64,000 nucleotides of DNA from Eukaryota sp. GEM-RC1 (Eukaryota). Shown in pieces: positions 61,583-64,000 of the stretch (positions within the stretch are counted from its first letter, which is position 1; each line of letters starts with the position of its first letter). The notes under the pieces were generated by a model that saw only the letters and a program-made list of their open reading frames with translations, was not told where the DNA came from and made no database searches. Location of the stretch: assembly GCA_040285855.1 (NCBI GenBank), contig JAUFOQ010000002.1:620001-684000 (forward strand), in the 5' to 3' direction. The position numbers and the translations under genes were made by a program.

Positions 61583-63904
61583 CTATATAAAATCAAGTGC
61601 TTGCAATCCTGAGGGTCTAAAGAAGTGTTTTTCCAAATTTTGCTTTTTGTCCTTATCACTGATAGAATCGTAAAAGACAACGATTTTTTGATTATGTTCA
61701 TACAAATTGTAAACATTTCTGGCATCATTTGGCAGATCAAAGATTATACAAAGATCAGCCCGAACAGAATGGTTAACCGCTAATTGAGTAGTACTGATCA
61801 ATAAAACAGGACCAGTCTGTTCATCGAATGTTTTCAGACTTGATGTAATCTTTCGTGGTTTTCCACCCTCTAGTGACACAACTTTAAAAGAAATCTCAGG
61901 ACGAAGCCTTGAAAGTTTCCTTACTTTGTCAACTGAATCAGTTGTAATTACAACTTTTGTAACTCAAATATAGTCAACAAATGCTTCACCTTGTTGATTT
62001 TTTCATCAACACTCCATCTAGATGAAAGAAACTGAAGTCTTTTCGTCGTATCAATGTCGATGGGATGAGCACTTTCTTCAACAACAGGAATCTCAACTTG
62101 TTGAACTTGTTGAGTCGATTGAACAGTTAAAGCATGTAGTTCAAGACTTCGTTGTTCGTAAATATTTTTTGAATCACAAGAGCGAACATCATGAACTTCT
62201 AATGGTACACCAGAAATACCAATCACAGATAATGCTGAAAGCATTAACAGTGTTCCATCCTTTTCAGAACAATGAAAGAATTTAAATCATTGCAAAAATC
62301 GATTTTTAACAGTTGACCTGTTAACTCACCACTTGAACAATCAATAATAAATTGAATCTGTTTCTTTGGTAGTTTCAAACCGAAACCAACACAGAACCCA
62401 AATTCCGTGATGTACATTATTGTGTCATAATGCTTAACATACACTGCATCTATAATTCTGTCATCTTTGTGACAGGAGCAAAATTCCCATACAGGTTGTT
62501 CACCAAGCAGCTCCCTTTCATACAAGTCTAACTTTCGGATGGAACAAGTGCCGACAACTAGAACGAAATCGTCATAGCACTTCAAACTTTTGAATTCTTC
62601 ATCACGATCAATTTCAGACATGTTTAAATCCATTAATGTTGAAAAATCTGAACAATCAACACAATTTTTTTCATCTTCCTGCACAAAAATAATCAACAAC
62701 AGAGTCTTCGTTGCGACAACAAAACAATTTTTGCAGCAGCCATGTCAATACATTGAGAATCAAAACTGTCTCTGGCCAACGGCAACGGTAATACTCGTCG
62801 AATAGTCTTTTGTTTGTCTGTTTTTGGCTTGTATTGAATCATAAATATGGGCCCTTCAAAAGCAATCAGTATGGCCTGGTTAAGCAATTGATGATGAAGT
62901 GCAAACATAGTCAATTGATTGTCAAATGGTTTACACTGTGGTCTATCTTGATCAATACTGCGACTGAACCTTCGGAGTTCTTTATCAATGTTGTAGACTA
63001 CAAATCGTAATGTAACATTCAACACAGGAGTAGGAGTAGGAGTAATAGCAGAAAAAAATTCTGTATGGAGAGTTTCGACAACGTTGTTGTCTATATTCAA
63101 CGTTCCAATGGCAATTTTTGATTCAAATGAAAAAACAACATAGAAAGTTCTCATTTCTTCACGTGTAAAATTTAAGATTTGAACATTTTGTCCTAAATAT
63201 TTAGCAGTATGAGAAGAGGCAGTACAATACGACTTAGTCCAAGATGACAAATCCAAAGTACTTGTAGCTACTGGTGACTGGGGCAATGCAGTAGTTTCAC
63301 TAATCATGGGTTCAGGAAGGTCAGCGTTTTCGGGGATCATAGGTTCTTCAACCTTGTGTTGGGCTAAGGTAATTTCAGAATTTACTACTTCATTAAGTGT
63401 AGTACATGATGATGCACATAAAGGACACGCAGGATCAAAGCACATCAACAGGTCCTGTTCATCATTGACTTGGAAATTTAGTAACTGGAAATGATGTTTC
63501 CTTCCATTGACATAATCCACGGTAACTGGTGGACTGTTACTTTTCAGTAAGTTGAAATCAAGAATAATAATGTTGTCATACCATGATTTCAACACAGTTA
63601 TGGGAACCTCACCTTGTTCCGTTAAATATACCAAAATACGTAATCGATTGATACATCCAAAGGTGGATTCGATTGGTAACTCATGATAAGGCCAGTAAAC
63701 ATTCCAGACACGTTTTACCTCAAAAGATCCATGAATATCCAGCTCATTACTGTATACAATTAATTGTTTGAACCTCGAATCTTGACAATGCATTGGTGTA
63801 CCAACCTTGATAGATGGCTTTGCCATTTCCGAAACCAAATTGATATTGAAGTTCATGAGCCATACGATGAACAAGTATTGAAAAGAAGAAGGAATATGAG
63901 ACAA
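61583..63904 (-). CDS. Uncharacterised ~770-aa protein with degenerate C-terminal DEAD-box RecA2-like domain (frameshifted)
   Basis: Four abutting ORFs, two joins being single-A homopolymer losses (~62260, ~61955); C-terminus QKVVI..FKVVSLEG..LKTF..VLLISTTQLA..CIIFDLP. Confidence 0.5.
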
Positions 63905-64000
63905 GAATTGTGGAAACTTATCACCAACAGAAATACCATTATGATAACCTAGATCTGTAGGTACAGGGAACAGTGATTTGGCACATTTAACTTCCTTGGA

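Noticed and set aside
1..64000. tRNA or rRNA genes
   Set aside because: None recognised by eye; tRNAscan-SE/Infernal were not run

Overview
AT-rich, gene-dense eukaryotic window, probably from a flagellated protist (ARL3, ARL6 and a CCDC180-like gene are present). It uses the standard genetic code and has 27-35 nt spliceosomal introns whose branch point is fused to the 3' splice site. Housekeeping genes (RPB3, eIF4A-III, RPS24, RPS19, RPLP0, INO1, NAA30, beta'-COP, PSMA2 and others) are interspersed with hAT and pogo-like MITEs and many fragments of an RLE-type non-LTR retrotransposon. Single-base homopolymer frameshifts also break essential genes, so most split ORFs are probably long-read consensus errors. 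The main finding is two homologous, unusually large Fanzor (eukaryotic TnpB-like RNA-guided nuclease) genes. Copy 1 (3710-7518) is decayed. Copy 2 (53990-59033) is probably intact at about 1,680 aa and reads as a polyprotein: short leader, 2A ribosomal-skip motif (DIESNPGP), Ulp1/SENP-type cysteine protease, degenerate PolB-type 3'-5' exonuclease domain, Fanzor core with an intact RuvC D-E-D triad, and a CCHC knuckle. Copy 2 has a hairpin-rich candidate omegaRNA downstream and three identical 75-nt hairpins upstream. Beyond those lie a second Ulp1-like gene and a gene ending in a degenerate DEAD-box RecA2 domain, suggesting a large cargo-carrying element that runs off the right edge. All assignments come from reading motifs by eye; no database searches were run.
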